Assembly (NCBI RefSeq): GCF_006345805.1
Contig: NC_043007.1
Coordinates: 40,424,001-40,488,000 of the forward strand
DNA length: 64,000 nt
Source of the DNA: Octopus sinensis
Lineage: Eukaryota
Reading direction: 5' to 3'
Made by a program: the position numbers and the translations under genes. Position 1 is the first letter of the stretch, and every line of letters begins with the position of its first letter. Of this stretch, positions 1-13,426 are shown in pieces. The notes under the pieces are model-generated. The model saw only the letters and a list, made by a program, of their open reading frames with translations. It ran no database searches and was not told the DNA's origin.

Positions 1-475
1 TGTTGTCTAATGCCTGGAAAACGTGATAGTCAATTGGTGTAAGGTTTGGTGAATATGGTGGATGACAGAATACTTTCAAGTTCAGTTCCTGTAACTTGAG
101 TAGCGTTCTTTGTCCAACATGTGGTCGAGCATTGTTTTGAAAGAGAATTCGCCTGTTTCTATTGATCAATCTCGGTTGTTTAATTGCAAGTTTACTCATC
201 ATTTCATCCAATTGGTTGATGTATATATTCGCTGTAATTAACTTATCAGGTCTCATGAAGCTGTTGTGGATGACATCAGCGCTGGATCACCAAACAGACA
301 CCATTAGCTTTTTTGGTCAAAACTGTATTTTGGATTGTGGTTTGGCATTTCGTGTCTATTCAACTACCATGCAGAACGTTTGCTATTGTTGAAAAGAATC
401 CATTTATCATCACACGTAACATTACTATGCAGAAAAGGTTCGCTTTTATGCCATGACAGCAAAGAACAGCAAGTG
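1..475 (-). mobile_element. mariner transposase fragment (DDD catalytic region), degenerate
   Basis: Aligns by eye to the mariner copy at 57425-58350; the minus strand encodes an HPPYSPNLTPIDYHVF-like motif. Cut off at ~475 by the next element. Confidence 0.85.
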
Positions 476-1280
476 GATCTTTACCTATTGACCGGCAGAT
501 TTAGAAAATAATTTTTTGTAACTAAACACTTTCAAACTTCGTATACTGGTAGAAGGTGTCATATAAAACACCTTTCACCCTTAGCATTTTTGAGAAAAGT
601 TTGTTTACGAAGTTATTTCGTGTTAAAGTTCTCGAATTTCGGTAATTTCAACCAATCAATGACGTGTATTCAGCTAAATAAAATTACTGCTGTTGTTTGT
701 CAACAACAACTTCCGGCGGTGCATATTTCGTTTGTCACTGTTATTTATGACATATTTCATCTCAGTTATGTTTGTATGAATAAACGAGTGCATCTGAAGC
801 ATGTTTACTTCATGACACCACCATAATTGTTCGTGCATTTCTATTGCTTTTAGTATTTTTTCTTGTTTTTCAGCTACTATTTTCGGAAAGACTTTTCTGT
901 CCCTGCCCCTAACCCTCCAATTTCTTCATTTTTCACTTTTTTCCGTAATTCTAACCCTAAAACTTCAACCCTAACCCTAACCCTAACTCTAAAACCTTAA
1001 CCCTAACCCTAACCCTAACCCTAACTCTAAAACCTTAACCCTAACCCTAAACCTTAACGATAGCTCTAACCCTGTCTCTAAAACCCTAACCCTAACCCTA
1101 ACCCTAGAACCCTAACCCTAACCCTAAAACCCTAACCCTAACCTTAAAACCCTAACCCTAAAGCCTTAAAGCTAAAACCTGTACAAACGCAGGAACGTTG
1201 TCATAAATTACAGTGACAAACGAATATACACCGCCGATAGTTGTTGTTGACAAACAACAGCAATAATTTTATCCAGCTGA
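476..1280. mobile_element. non-autonomous DNA element related to the 44509/46355 MITE family, with internal inverted repeats and a (CCCTAA)n core
   Basis: Starts GGATCTTTACCTATTGACCGGCAG (similar to the MITE TIR), and the next ~120 nt match the reverse complement of the MITE right end. Inverted arms at 670-752 and 1199-1280. Another fragment of the body is at ~13196-13375. Confidence 0.65.
951..1165 (+). repeat. interstitial telomere-like repeat (CCCTAA)n interspersed with AAAACCT(T/C)AA variants
   Basis: Read directly: many CCCTAA/TAACCC units. Confidence 0.9.
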
Positions 1281-1625
1281 TATTGCACTGGATATGTTGG
1301 GGGCTGATACCCACCTTCTCGTACTGCTAGCTATGACTTCCAGCCCTTCTATAATACCAGTTATCACTCACTCTTCCTTACGTCACACTTTTTATTGACA
1401 ATTATTGGCTCTCTTTCAATGGCCGTCGCGACTTTTCGTCTGTCTGTCTATCTATCTATCTATCTATCTTTTTCTCTTACAAAATTTTGTCGCCCTTCTG
1501 TACTCCTACCCACCACTCTTCTCTATATGACACATTAATGATAGAATCTCATTCTTTACAAAAATTATTAGTCCAGCAAGCCTATAACAGCCGTTAGTAT
1601 TTTTCTCCTGTTAACCTTTATCATT

Positions 1626-1915
1626 GTGGAGGAACATTGCCTAGTGGTTAGAGCAGCGGACTCGCGGTTGAGGGATCGCCAGTTCGAATCTCAAACCGGG
1701 CGATGTGTGTGTTTATGAGCGAAACACCTAAGCTCCACACGGCTCCGGCAGAAGGTAATGGCGAACTTCTGCTGACTCTTTCACCACAACTTTCTCTCAC
1801 TCTTTTCTCTTGCACCTTGCAGCTCACCTGCGGCGGACTGGCGTCCCCTCCAGGTGGGGAATCTATACGCCAAGGAAACCGGGAAACCGGCCTTATGAGC
1901 CAGGCATGACTTGAA
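1626..1915 (+). mobile_element. tRNA-derived SINE (head shared with 50275-50660)
   Basis: A-box-like TGCCTAGTGG, B-box-like AGTTCGAATC; the first ~180 nt are homologous to the 50275 copy. Confidence 0.75.
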
Positions 1916-2526
1916 AAGGAACAAGAGACAGAGAGAGAGAGAGAGAGAGAGATCCTTTATCATTATTGCCTCTCTCATTACATTATCTACTTGTCCATTA
2001 TTGTTTATAACACTGTCTCATTTCTCCCGCCATTCAATCATACCACTCGCTTTGCTTTGCCCCTTATATTCTAGCTTCATTCTATCGTCCACCTTAATCC
2101 ATCTTCTGCTCTGTCTTCTACCTTCTTTTCTGTTAGTTTCCTTGGCTTGAACGAGCAGGGAAAGAGCAGAGCAATGAGGTGTTAGATTAATGTTTGTGCT
2201 TTGATAAAATGCACTCAGTACACCCTGAAAGTATGTTGAACGAAATCGGGAGAGGGTTCTTGAGTCTTGCCTTGTTGAAGACATGTCAACATGTCAGGTG
2301 CCGATGTTCTAATAAAATGCATTCAGTACACTCTGTAAAGTGGCTGGTGTTAGAAAAGGCTTCCAGCTATAGAAACCCTAGCAGAACAGAACAGAACAGG
2401 GGAGCAAGACGTGTTCCAAAGACATGTCTAAGAGGGTACTAACTCCGAGTGGGAACCGATTCGGACCATTAAAACAATCTATCCGTGTCAGCATGGAAAG
2501 CGTTCATAAAACGATGATGTATAGTT

Positions 2527-2993
2527 TTACTTTTATTTTTTACTTGCTTCAGTCATTTGACTGCGGCCATGCTGGAGCACCCCTAGAAGGTTTTAGTCGA
2601 GCAAATCGACCCCGGGACTTATTCTTTGTAAGCCTAGTACTTATTCTATCGGATTCTTTTGCCGAACCGCTAAGTTACGGGTCGTAAACACACCAACCTC
2701 GGTTGTCAAGCGATGTTGGGGGGGACAAACAAAGACACAAGGGCGCGCGCGCACACACACACACATACACACACACACACACACACGCACACACACACAT
2801 ACACACACATATATATATATATATATATACGCTAGGCTTCTTTCAGTTTCTGTCTACCAAATCTACTCAGAAGGCTCACAAGGCTTTAGTCGACACGAGG
2901 CTATATATAGTAGAAGACACCGAAGGTGCCACGTGGTGGGACTGAACCCTCAACCATGTGGCTGGGAAGCAAGCGTCTTACCACACAGCCACA
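2527..2993 (-). mobile_element. abundant tRNA-derived SINE family S1 (GGCTGTGTGGTAAG head, internal CA/TA microsatellite)
   Basis: Reverse complement of the full copy at 60731-61105. Further partial copies at 5662-5760, 11661-11800, 14262-14430, 16325-16410, 24620-24840 and 35884-36005. Confidence 0.85.
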
Positions 2994-3019
2994 CTGCCAC
3001 ACACACAGACGCAGACGCA

Positions 3020-3056
<37 letters not shown>

Positions 3057-3513
3057 ACACACACACACCACACATACACACACACGTATATTGGCTCACG
3101 TTACCACCAACACTGACCTATGCTTCCAACCCACCGTGAAGTGATTTGATCGTCACTACAAAGAGATCAGGACATCCAAGTTCGCCGAGTATTTTCCACG
3201 GTCTGTCGCAAGATGACAAATTTTTGCTAGCTGAGTGGGTGGGAGCAACGTGAAATGAAACACAACGCCCAGTCTGAGAAATCGAAACCGTGGCCTTATG
3301 AATATGAGTAAAACAACCTAACCACTAGGACACGCACTTTCATTGGTAGTAAACTATAAGAGACGAATATGATTCTTGAAACATTTTGTGTATGTTTTGT
3401 TTATTTTCGTTTTGTACAGTTTATTGTCGTTGTTATAGCAGTAATTGTAGTAGATATTATTGCTGCAGTATATTATTATTATTATTATTATGGTATTATT
3501 ATTATTATTATTA

Positions 3514-3548
<35 letters not shown>

Positions 3549-3567
3549 TATTATTATTATTATTATT

Positions 3568-4123
3568 GAGTGAGAGAGCAGTGCATGCTATCAAAGTGAC
3601 ACTAGGGTAAAATATACGAAGCCCAGTATACCCATCATGACTACCCGTCTGATAAGAGTACACCACGCTCATGCATCACAGTCATATGTACGGAACATGG
3701 TGATCTCATATCAAGATAAACAGCGCATGACCTTGCAGGTGGGGGCTCAGTTAGAATTTTCTTCTGGTCGAGTAGCCCATCCCGCTCAAAAGGTCCCTGA
3801 ATAAGGGTTGTTTAAGGATGTTGAACGAAACACCCATGTTTCCAGAGGTGAAATATTCAAACCCCAAAGAATCCCTCTCAACACATGGCTATGATGCTCC
3901 CCCACTACTTCTGCTCGTGATTAGAGATGCACATATTGTCAGCCACTAAAGGACATAGTCAACTGGTCATGGTCAAACAACTGACAAGCAAATCTGTGGG
4001 ATGAGAACAGAATATTTGTGTAGCCCAACTTTTATACCAAAACCAAAACAATGTACATGATAACACTTCCAATCAGTTAAGAACAGAACATGAGAGCCAC
4101 TGCCTGGTACTGCATCAGGGCAT
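3568..4123. mobile_element. ~550-bp (ATT)n-anchored interspersed repeat, copy 1
   Basis: GAGTGAGAGAGCAGTGCATGC...GGTACTGCATCAGGGCAT; homologous to four other copies in the window. Confidence 0.85.
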
Positions 4124-4939
4124 TTCTTATTCTTATTTTTTTCTTCTTCTCCTTCTTTCTATTCTTCTTCTTCTTTCTTCTTCATTTCTTGATTATTCTT
4201 CTTTTCTTATTCTTCTTATCTCTTCTTATCCTCCTATTCTTTCTTCTTCTTATCGTCTTTTTCTTCTTCTTCTTCTTCTTCTTCTCCTCCTCGCTTATTC
4301 TTCTCTTCTTCTTCTTCTCTTCTTCTTCTCCTCTCTCCTTCTTCTTCTTCTTCTCTTCTTCTTCTTCTTCTTCTTCTTCTTCTCCTCCTCGATTCTTCTT
4401 CTTCTTCTTCTTCTTCTTTTCTTCTTCTTCTTCTCTCTCGCTTCTCTTATTCTCTTCTTCTCTTTCTTCTTCTCCTCCTCCTCCGCTTCTTCTTCTTCTT
4501 CTTCTTCTTCTTCTTTTCTTCTTCTTAGTAGTAGTAGTAGTAGTAGTAGTAGTTGGTGCCACAGTTGTGTTCAGCCTAGCAACAGTACATGACAACACAG
4601 TCTCTGTCACCAAGCTACAGTACCCAGGTGGGATGGCGGTAAGGGCGGTTGGAATCAGGGTGGAATCAAGTTAGAGTAAACCCTAAACCAATACACATTC
4701 TCCTATTGTCGTTTCAGTTGCTACACCCTACCGCAACACCGCGCCGCCTTTAAATAACCACACCCTCCAGCTCTCCTCCTCCTCTCCCCCTCCTCCTCCT
4801 CTCCCCCTCCTCCTCCTCTCCCCCTCCTCCTCCTCTCCCCCTCCTCCTCCTCCTCTCGTAATCTCATTGTTTTTACCTCCCACCCAACATTTCTGCTCGT
4901 TCTTTTTTCCGCCTGTCTCTCCTTAGTTTTGTATCCTGT

Positions 4940-4993
<54 letters not shown>

Positions 4994-5392
4994 CACATGA
5001 ACGTGCACACACACACACACACACACACACAAGTACGCATGTCATATGCATGATATATATCAGTAGATCTATCTATCTCTCCATCTATCTATCATCATCT
5101 ATCTATCCTATCTATCCTATCTATTATCTCCATCTATCGATCCTATCTATCTATCTATTATCATCTATCTATATCTTATCTATCTATCTATCCATCTCTA
5201 TCTATCTATCTATCCATCTATCCATCTATCATCTATCTATATATATATCTATCCATATCTATCTATCTATCTACTATCATTATCTATCTATCTATCTATC
5301 TATATATCTATCCATCATCTACTATTATCTATCTATCTATCTATCCATCTATCTATCCATCTATCCCATCTATCTATCCATCTTCATCTATC

Positions 5393-5426
<34 letters not shown>

Positions 5427-5476
5427 ATATCTATCTATCATCTATCTATCTATCTATCTATCCATCTATCCATCTA

Positions 5477-5535
<59 letters not shown>

Positions 5536-5545
5536 ATCTATCATC

Positions 5546-5579
<34 letters not shown>

Positions 5580-5650
5580 ATCTATCATCTATCTATCTAT
5601 CTATCATCTATCTATCCATCTATCTATCTACTATCTACCTATCTACTATC
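4124..5650. repeat. compound microsatellite block: (TTC)n, (GTA)n, (CCT)n, (CA)n and ~600 bp of (ATCT)n
   Basis: Read directly; explains the low-complexity ORFs at 4090-5676. Confidence 0.95.
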
Positions 5651-6409
5651 TACTTGTGTATGTGGCTATGTGGTAAGATGCTTGCTTCGCAACCACGTGG
5701 TTCCAAGTTCAGTCCCACTGCGTGGCACTTTGGGCAGGTGTCTTCTACTATAGCCTCTGGTGTGTGTATTACACACACACCAGAGACGGCTCGTGTATAG
5801 GCACTGCGGAACTGCAGCACCCACTATTTCCACTCGATATTATCGATTACATTCAATATAACGAGTCCTTTATTCTTTAATTCTTTCTTTATACTTGTGC
5901 ATTATATAATTCTTAAGCTTAATGTCAGTAGCCATCCCATAGTTTAAGAAAAAAATACAAAAATCCTTGTATAGAACTGTGTACTCACAGTTCCAGCAAC
6001 GCGGTGTTTGGCTGTTGTGTGCATGCTCATATGTCCGAGATACGAAGCTGCACGCTAAGGGAAGAGGACACTGTGCTTCATGCAGTGCCGGTGAAAGGTA
6101 GTGTTTCTTTTTCACTCCGCGTGTATTGTGCTTACAACGCGTTTGTATTCTTGAATGATTTTGACGTATGGGGTATCAAAACATTCAGTACTATTTCCGC
6201 TACCAACCAAACTTTATTTTCATTTATTTTCATAACAAAAATTTAAAATTATAATCTTTTCCATAACTCACCTATCGTAAGCATTTTATACGACGACGAC
6301 AACGATGACGTCACATTTTCTATATGAGTGTGTACCTTAAAAAACATCCATCATTACGACACACACTTTCACTCACTCACTCTATCTTTCTCTCCCTTTC
6401 TCTCTCTCT

Positions 6410-6725
6410 CTCACACACACGCGCGCGCACAAGCACACGCACGCACATGCACACCCACGCACGCACACGTACGCACGCACACGTACGCACACGTACGCAC
6501 GCATACGTACGCACACGTACGCACGCACACGTACGCACACGTACGCACGCACACGCGCGCATACGTACACGTACGTACGCACGCACATTTACGCACGATT
6601 GCACACGTATGCACGCACGCACACGTACGCACGAACGCACAGGTACGCACACATGCACAGGTACGCACGCACAATACGCACGCACGCACGCACACACACA
6701 CACACACACACGCACACGCAAACAC
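6410..6725. repeat. GCAC/GCACACGTAC-type low-complexity tandem repeat
   Basis: Read directly. Confidence 0.9.
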
Positions 6726-6845
6726 GTCCATTTCATACACACGTACATACATCTTATTTTTACAGTCTGGGTCAAATGCTTCTTTTGGCTGTCTCCACAC
6801 GTATACTCGGCCGGTGGTCGTAAATAAGATAAAGGATGACATTTC

Positions 6846-7270
6846 GAGAATATAACATTCTTCCACTGCTCTAGGGACCAATTCTGTAGGTTTTTACTCC
6901 ACTCTAAACACTGTGCAACGTTTGTTTTTGAAAGTAGTGGTTTTCTGATTGCAGCCCTCCCGTGAAATCTGGCTTTGTGCAGCTCCAAGTGAACAATTTT
7001 TTGGAAACTGGGTTCCCGGGGTAGTCATTAAGCTCTGCAGTAATTCTGGGAGCTGTACTTTTGTGATCCTTTCAAACAATTCGCTCCCTATCTGAAAATT
7101 TTGGTTTTCTTCCGGAGTTTTGTTTCGACGAGTGGGTTTTTCACTCTTTCTCAAAGGCTGTCATTCCTTTCGAGACAGTACTTCTTGATACACCAAACCT
7201 TTCGGCTGTTTTCGTTACGCTAGCACCTGCCATGCGAGCACCAACAATTTGATCTCTTTAGAAGTCCAAT
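6846..7270 (-). mobile_element. Tc1-like transposase N-terminal fragment
   Basis: The minus strand encodes GARMAGASVTKTAERFGVSRSTVS (paired-like DNA-binding domain) and GRAAIRKPLLSKTN...WSLEQWKNVIFS, breaking off just before the expected DE(S) motif. Confidence 0.8.
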
Positions 7271-7665
7271 AGATCTGTCATTTTAATGTATTTTAATTAC
7301 CTTTTTCTGATAATAACTGAAAAGAAAGAGCAATTTTAGCAAAACATATTAAGCAACACTAATAATAAATCAAAAATCAAAAATAAACAAGCTTTTGACG
7401 GTTTTATAGATATTTCAAAATTATGATGCTATGATGCTAGGTGTTTCCATTTATTTGTTCCAACCTCTGTGTATATATATATATATATAATATATTATAT
7501 ATATACACACACCACACACACACACCACACACACAACACAAATATATATATATATATATTTCATTAATTAATAAATTTTAGGGTAGCAAAAAATTCTAGA
7601 AAAATTCTCCGCTACCAGCAGTCAAGTAAGAAAGAAAAAGATAGTCAATAGACTATATAATATAC

Positions 7666-7748
7666 ATTCAAACATATAAGAGATGGCTATAATAAGACAT
7701 CCGACTAACTAGAAGTCGGATGTCCTATTATAGCCATCCCTTATATGT

Positions 7749-7813
<65 letters not shown>

Positions 7814-8045
7814 TAATTAATCAATATCCGGGTAGCAAAAAATTCAAGAGAAATTTTTCGCAACCAGCGGTCCAGTGAGAAAGAAAAATAGTCAACAGAC
7901 TATATAATATACATTCAACAATATTAAGGAATGGCCTTGATAGGCCATTCGACCCACTAGAAAGAGCAGCTATTTAGCGGTTTGAATTTAGCTGCTCTTT
8001 CTAGTGGGTCGAATGGCCTATCAAGGCCATTCCTTAATATTGTTG
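7666..8045. repeat. two fold-back inverted repeats (41-bp arms at 7666-7754; perfect 57-bp arms at 7916-8045)
   Basis: Arms checked by eye; each hairpin is preceded by a related ~100-nt sequence (7560-7665 and 7810-7915). Confidence 0.9.
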
Positions 8046-8048
8046 TTA

Positions 8049-8109
<61 letters not shown>

Positions 8110-8443
8110 ATATATATATTATATATATACATATAAATTGTATATACATATATACATATAAATATATAAATGTATATACATATATAACATATTAAATATA
8201 TACATATAAATGTATATATACTAGTCTAATGAGTATATTCAAACCTCCTATAGGGATTTTAAATACCTTATAAGGAAAATAGTCAGGGTTTTCAAAGGAC
8301 AGTAAGAATTATACTAGGATACTTTCGGAATATACAGGATAATATATAAAAATGTTTACTATACGTGTGTGTGTATGTGCATATTATAATATATTTATGC
8401 ATATATATCTATATATATATATATAATATATATATATATATAG

Positions 8444-8479
<36 letters not shown>

Positions 8480-8866
8480 ATAGGTATGTATGTATACCCC
8501 ACACATTATACCACACATATATATTCATATGCTTACACATATACATAGACATATATATGGGCATAGCCGCATGTATGCGTGCCTTCCTATACACACAAGT
8601 TCAACCTGGATTGTCTAGTGCTTGTGCACCCAGCCAGGTTACATAACCATAAATACATAGGCAAACATATATCACATTTACACACATTCACACATAGACC
8701 TAGACATGCACATACACAAAATATACACACGCACACACAACCACACCGAAAATAAAAGTAACACACAACAACATTCACTGTGAAAAAACACACACCACTT
8801 GCACGCACGCAAATCAGTCCACAAACAGAAACACCGCCGGCATGCAGCCCGCACGCAGCCTGCACA

Positions 8867-8937
<71 letters not shown>

Positions 8938-9560
8938 CACACACACATACATGCACACACACACACACACACACGCGCCTCCATACCATTGGTGTATCAT
9001 ACCCAGACACCAATAATCTATGCTGTTGTTGTCGTTGTCATCGTCGTTGTCATTTTTGTTGTTATTTTTTCCGTTGACCTACACTCACCTCTATGGCATG
9101 ACAACCTTAACATCCTGACAACCAGTTTCTAGAACTTAATCCATTTTCAATGACAAGCAGCATATTAATAATTAACCACCTTTTGTACCCAAGAATATCC
9201 GGTACGATTCAGAAATATCTGCTCAATACCCAGTGTTACTTTGTAGTACTGTCCTCAAACTAACGAGGCAGCTTACACTGTCAGTGATCTCATACAGTGA
9301 GCCCTGGCATATTGGCTTGCCGTGATGAATAGTTAGGTTACACTTGTAACAATAAAGCTTTTGCGTTGAAATCGAGGGTCACCAATTTGTAACAGTTAAG
9401 TTTTAATTACTGTAGTTACCAATTGTAACGGGTAAGATTGATTAGTAAACAATATTATGAAATGTCGGAGTCAGCAGTTGTAACGATAAAAAATTGTTGT
9501 TATAATTGCATGTTGTATGATGTGAAAGAAGAACAATGCATGAACCTTTAAGGAAATATA

Positions 9561-9790
9561 TATTTACCTATTTCTTTACTACCCACTAAACACAGAGAGG
9601 ACAAACAAGAACAGACAAACGGATTAAGTCGATTACATCAACCCCAGTGCGTAACTGGTACTTATTTAATCGACCTTGAAAGGATGAAAGACAAAGTCGA
9701 CCTCGGCGGAATTTGAACTCAGAACGTAGCGGCAGACGAAATACTGCTAAACATTTCGCCCGGCGTGCTAACGTTTCTGCCTGTTCGCCC
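9561..9790 (-). mobile_element. tRNA-derived SINE family S2 (GGCGAGCTGGCAGAA head, GAGTTCAAATTCC B-box)
   Basis: Reverse complement of 25191-25400. Other copies at 15440-15610, 44030-44212, 56860-57055 and 58985-59600. Confidence 0.8.
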
Positions 9791-11046
9791 CTTCAGGAAA
9801 TATATATTTACCGTTACGTTACAATGCCTTGCCTCGACGGGCAGGTTATGATAAATCCAAAAGCATGCGAAGTAAAGTTTGTGTTTGGGTTCTCTTCGTT
9901 GTTTAGTAGTAATTACAGAGAGAGATAGAATGATGTTGTAAGAGAACAGAATTAGAGCTACTGAGAGTTGTAGGGTGTCGTCTCACAGTTGCTGACAGCA
10001 AATTTCATTTCTCCCTCTGACCAAGGTTCTAGCTGGTCAGCCAGACTTCGTTGTCACCGATGATATTGTCACCAATGATATATTCGTTGTCACCAATGAT
10101 ATATCTATCCAGAAGGATAGATATATCATTGAGAACAATAGATTTAGTTGGTGATCTTGTTATCTCTATTCTAGCTTTTGGTGAAGTAGAAGAGGTTAGA
10201 AAGGGTCAAGTGGTGAAGACATTATTTTGGAAAATTGAGTACAAGCTCGGCAATGCTACATCCGATCCCCTCCCCTCCATCTTCTCCCTTCCCTCCCCTC
10301 CTTTCTGTTACTTCCCCCTAGCTCTCCGTCCTCCTATCTCCACCCCCTTTCTGATACCCCCTCTCTCTGCTTTTCTTTTTCTCTCTTTCTCTCTCTACGA
10401 AGATGTCCCTGCTTGCTCGCGTCTACAACAGCACCGAAAGCAAATAGCGAAAGCATGGTACATGCTACCAAATCATGCACAATTGCAAGTAAGGTTGTTT
10501 CTTCTTCTATGCAACATGGTAAAATGGTTAACAAGTTCGCCTTGGAATCGCAAGGTCATTGGTTTCAGTCCCATTGCATGGCATATAAATCAGGTGTCAT
10601 TTTCTACAGCCTCAGATTTGTATAGTCTCACATATCGCGATCATTTGTGACATATAAATTAAGGACTTGTATTCTCTCCCCAAGATCTCATGTTCAGCTA
10701 TACTCTGTCCCAGACGGATTGGTATGTGTTGTGTTGCTCCAATAATAATAGCTATGAAACTGAAAGTGTATCTTGCGTAGTGGATTTGCAAACCCCAGTT
10801 GTCAAGCGGTAGTAGAAATCAAACACAAAGACACATACATACATACGTACGTACATATATGTATACCCTTAGTTATACATACGTATGTATACATAAAGGA
10901 AACAAAAAAATTATAGCGGTGCTTCTTTTTCCGGGGAAATAACTTGTAATTTTCTGGGTAAGTGTGTCTGAGAGTTATTTCCCTTGCAAACATTATCAGT
11001 GAAGATATAAGAAAATTTATCAATATGTGAGTACTGATCTGGAGTA

Positions 11047-11559
11047 CCATAAATCATTGAGTATAGTCCGCCCTTGAGTATAATACGTAGGGGATTTTTA
11101 GGGGGCTGCACCTCTGAAAAACCTAAACCTTGTGTATAATACGCACCTTTTCTCTAACTTGAGTCAAGGAGGTCTATATAACGTCCTTGGTTTGTAAAAA
11201 TGTATACGGTAACGTCCTTTATTATTATTGTATATATAACATAATGCGAACGTGTAGCATTTTTGTGCATTTTGTTTGCAGAAAATAAAGAAGTAACAGT
11301 AATAACGTTTAATAAATGTTGCTTACTGCAAGTTATGGATGATTCTTTTATGACTTCATTGCTTTCAGGCTTAGCTTAAGGTATTTTCGCGCCCGACGTC
11401 ACAAAATGCTGTCTGAATAAACATTGCTGGACAGCAAATAGAGACTTGAACATTGCTTAGAAAATAATTTTCATTTTCAACCTCGTGTATAATACGCACT
11501 AGGGATTTTGACCTTTAAATTTTGGGAGAAAAATACGGATTATACTCGAGTATTTACGG
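11047..11559. mobile_element. pogo/Tigger-like non-autonomous DNA transposon
   Basis: TA|CCATAAATCATTGAGTATAGTCCG ... CGGATTATACTCGAGTATTTACGG|TA terminal inverted repeats with TA target duplication; internal GTATAATACG motif occurs three times. Confidence 0.75.
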
Positions 11560-12058
11560 TATTTGAATTCTGGACTTCATACGTTCTAAGAGAGTGTCAC
11601 TACACCAGACAAAGAACCATAGCAGAGATTGCAAGATTTAGCGGCTGTTAAACCAAGGGGATGGGTGTATAGTAAGAAGTTTGCTTCTCAACCACATGGT
11701 CCCAGGTTCAGCCCCACTGCGTGGAACCTTGGGCAAGTGTTTTCTACTATAGCCTCGGGCCGACCAAAGCCTTGTGAAACTGAAAGAAACCCGTCGTATG
11801 TATGTATGTATGTATGTATGTATGTATGTATGTATGTATGTATGTATGTATGTATGTATGTATGTATGTATGTATGCATGCATGTATGTGTATGTGTATA
11901 TATATGTGTATGTATGTATATGTATATATATGTATATATATGTATGTATATATATGTGTGTGTACGTGTATATATATATATATATATGTGTGTGTATGTG
12001 TATATACATATATATGTATATGTATGTATGTATGTGTATGTGAATTTGTTTGTTGAAA

Positions 12059-13081
12059 CAGATATTGTTGTATTTGGGGATGGTCATGTTGTCAGTTTAG
12101 CCAATAAAAGCACACGCACTATATATTTGGTGTTCACTTGCTGCAGGTTTATTTTATATTAATCGTATTTCGGCCAGAGCTCTTTCGTCATTAGAAACAT
12201 TTGTACTAATAGGAACTATACTCTATGTAGATTTAGCCCACATACAAAATGTAAAGCTAGGAATGTAGTCTATAATACAAGATGTACAGAGGGACGGTTC
12301 AGTAACAAGATAACGATGTACATAGGGGAAACAGAACGGAGCATAGGAGAGCGGGTAAATGAGCATTGGAGGGAACTTAAGGAACACGTCGAGCAGGAAC
12401 ACGGGGTCTCGCTCAACAACATAGAAGTTAAAATTTTGTCCGCACATAGAACAGACGCAACGCTTAGACAAATTACGGAAGCTACACACATAATAGAAGA
12501 CAACCTAGCCTGAATAGGAAACTAGAATGGAACACTAACACACACCTCCAACATACCACAACCTATGACAGAATAAGATCCCCATAAACTGATAATAATA
12601 TGAATATAATACAATACACAGATAAATAAATGGAACTAAATAACTACATACATAAACAAAATAAATTAAATTAAGTTAAATACAAAAAAAGGAAAGAAAA
12701 AATAAGTAGATATAAATAAACAAATGAACAAAATAAATAAAACCAAATTAAACGAACGTGTATATAAACAGGGGATACTGATAATACAGGCACGTTTCCC
12801 CCACTTACTAAACATAGACACACACAGGGATATACGCATGCGCAAATAAAGACACATACAGTAGGAATACAAAATGACTGATCATTAGTAAGGAAAGACA
12901 CTCAAAAAAGAAGGAAGAAAGCAAAGGACCAATGATGAGGTCACAGAAGTGTGACGAAAGAACTCTGGCCGAAATACGATTAATATAAAATAAAGCTGAA
13001 GCAAGTGAACACCAAATATATAGTGCGCGTGTTTTTATTGGCTAAACTGGCAGCAAGACCATCTCCAAATACAACAATATA
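12059..13081 (+). mobile_element. Penelope-like element remnant: GIY-YIG endonuclease fragment between ~130-bp inverted (pLTR-like) repeats
   Basis: ORF 12316-12513 reads MYIGETERSIGERVNEH...EVKIL...RQITEA (YIG motif of PLE endonucleases); inverted arms at 12059-12190 and 12951-13081. Confidence 0.8.
12926..12970 (+). ncRNA. degenerate type I hammerhead-like motif (C3 replaced by A)
   Basis: GGACCA-ATGATGA-G-GTCAC(AGAAGT)GTGAC-GAAA-GAACTC-TGGCC: 5-bp stem II, GAAA and stem I pairing are present, but core position 3 is non-canonical. Confidence 0.5.
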
Positions 13082-13426
13082 TATATATATATATATATAT
13101 GTTTGGAATTTACAGAAAAACAAACGACGAAGACAGGTGTATAAACTACAAACAAGTGTGTGTGTGTGTGTGTGTATACATATATACACACGTTCGGACA
13201 CTGTTACAATGTGTCATATAAAACATCTTTTACTCTTAGGGTTTTTGAGAAAAGATTATATTTACGAAGTTATTTCGTGTTAAAATTGTCGTATTTCGGT
13301 AATTTCAACCAGTCAATGACGTGTATTCAGCTGAATAAAATTACTGCCGTTGTTTGTCAACAACAACTATCGGCTTCTCGAAAACCAAAGTGAGTAACCT
13401 CTCCTCATTTTCTTTTTCCCTCTAAC

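Noticed and set aside
951-1165. True chromosome end or telomere
   Set aside because: The tract is short and degenerate, with non-telomeric sequence on both sides.
10051-10650. 199-aa ORF starting in a 3x TTGTCACC(G/A)ATGATA repeat
   Set aside because: A composite of a short tandem repeat, a CT-rich tract and a decayed SINE-like head; no domain recognised.
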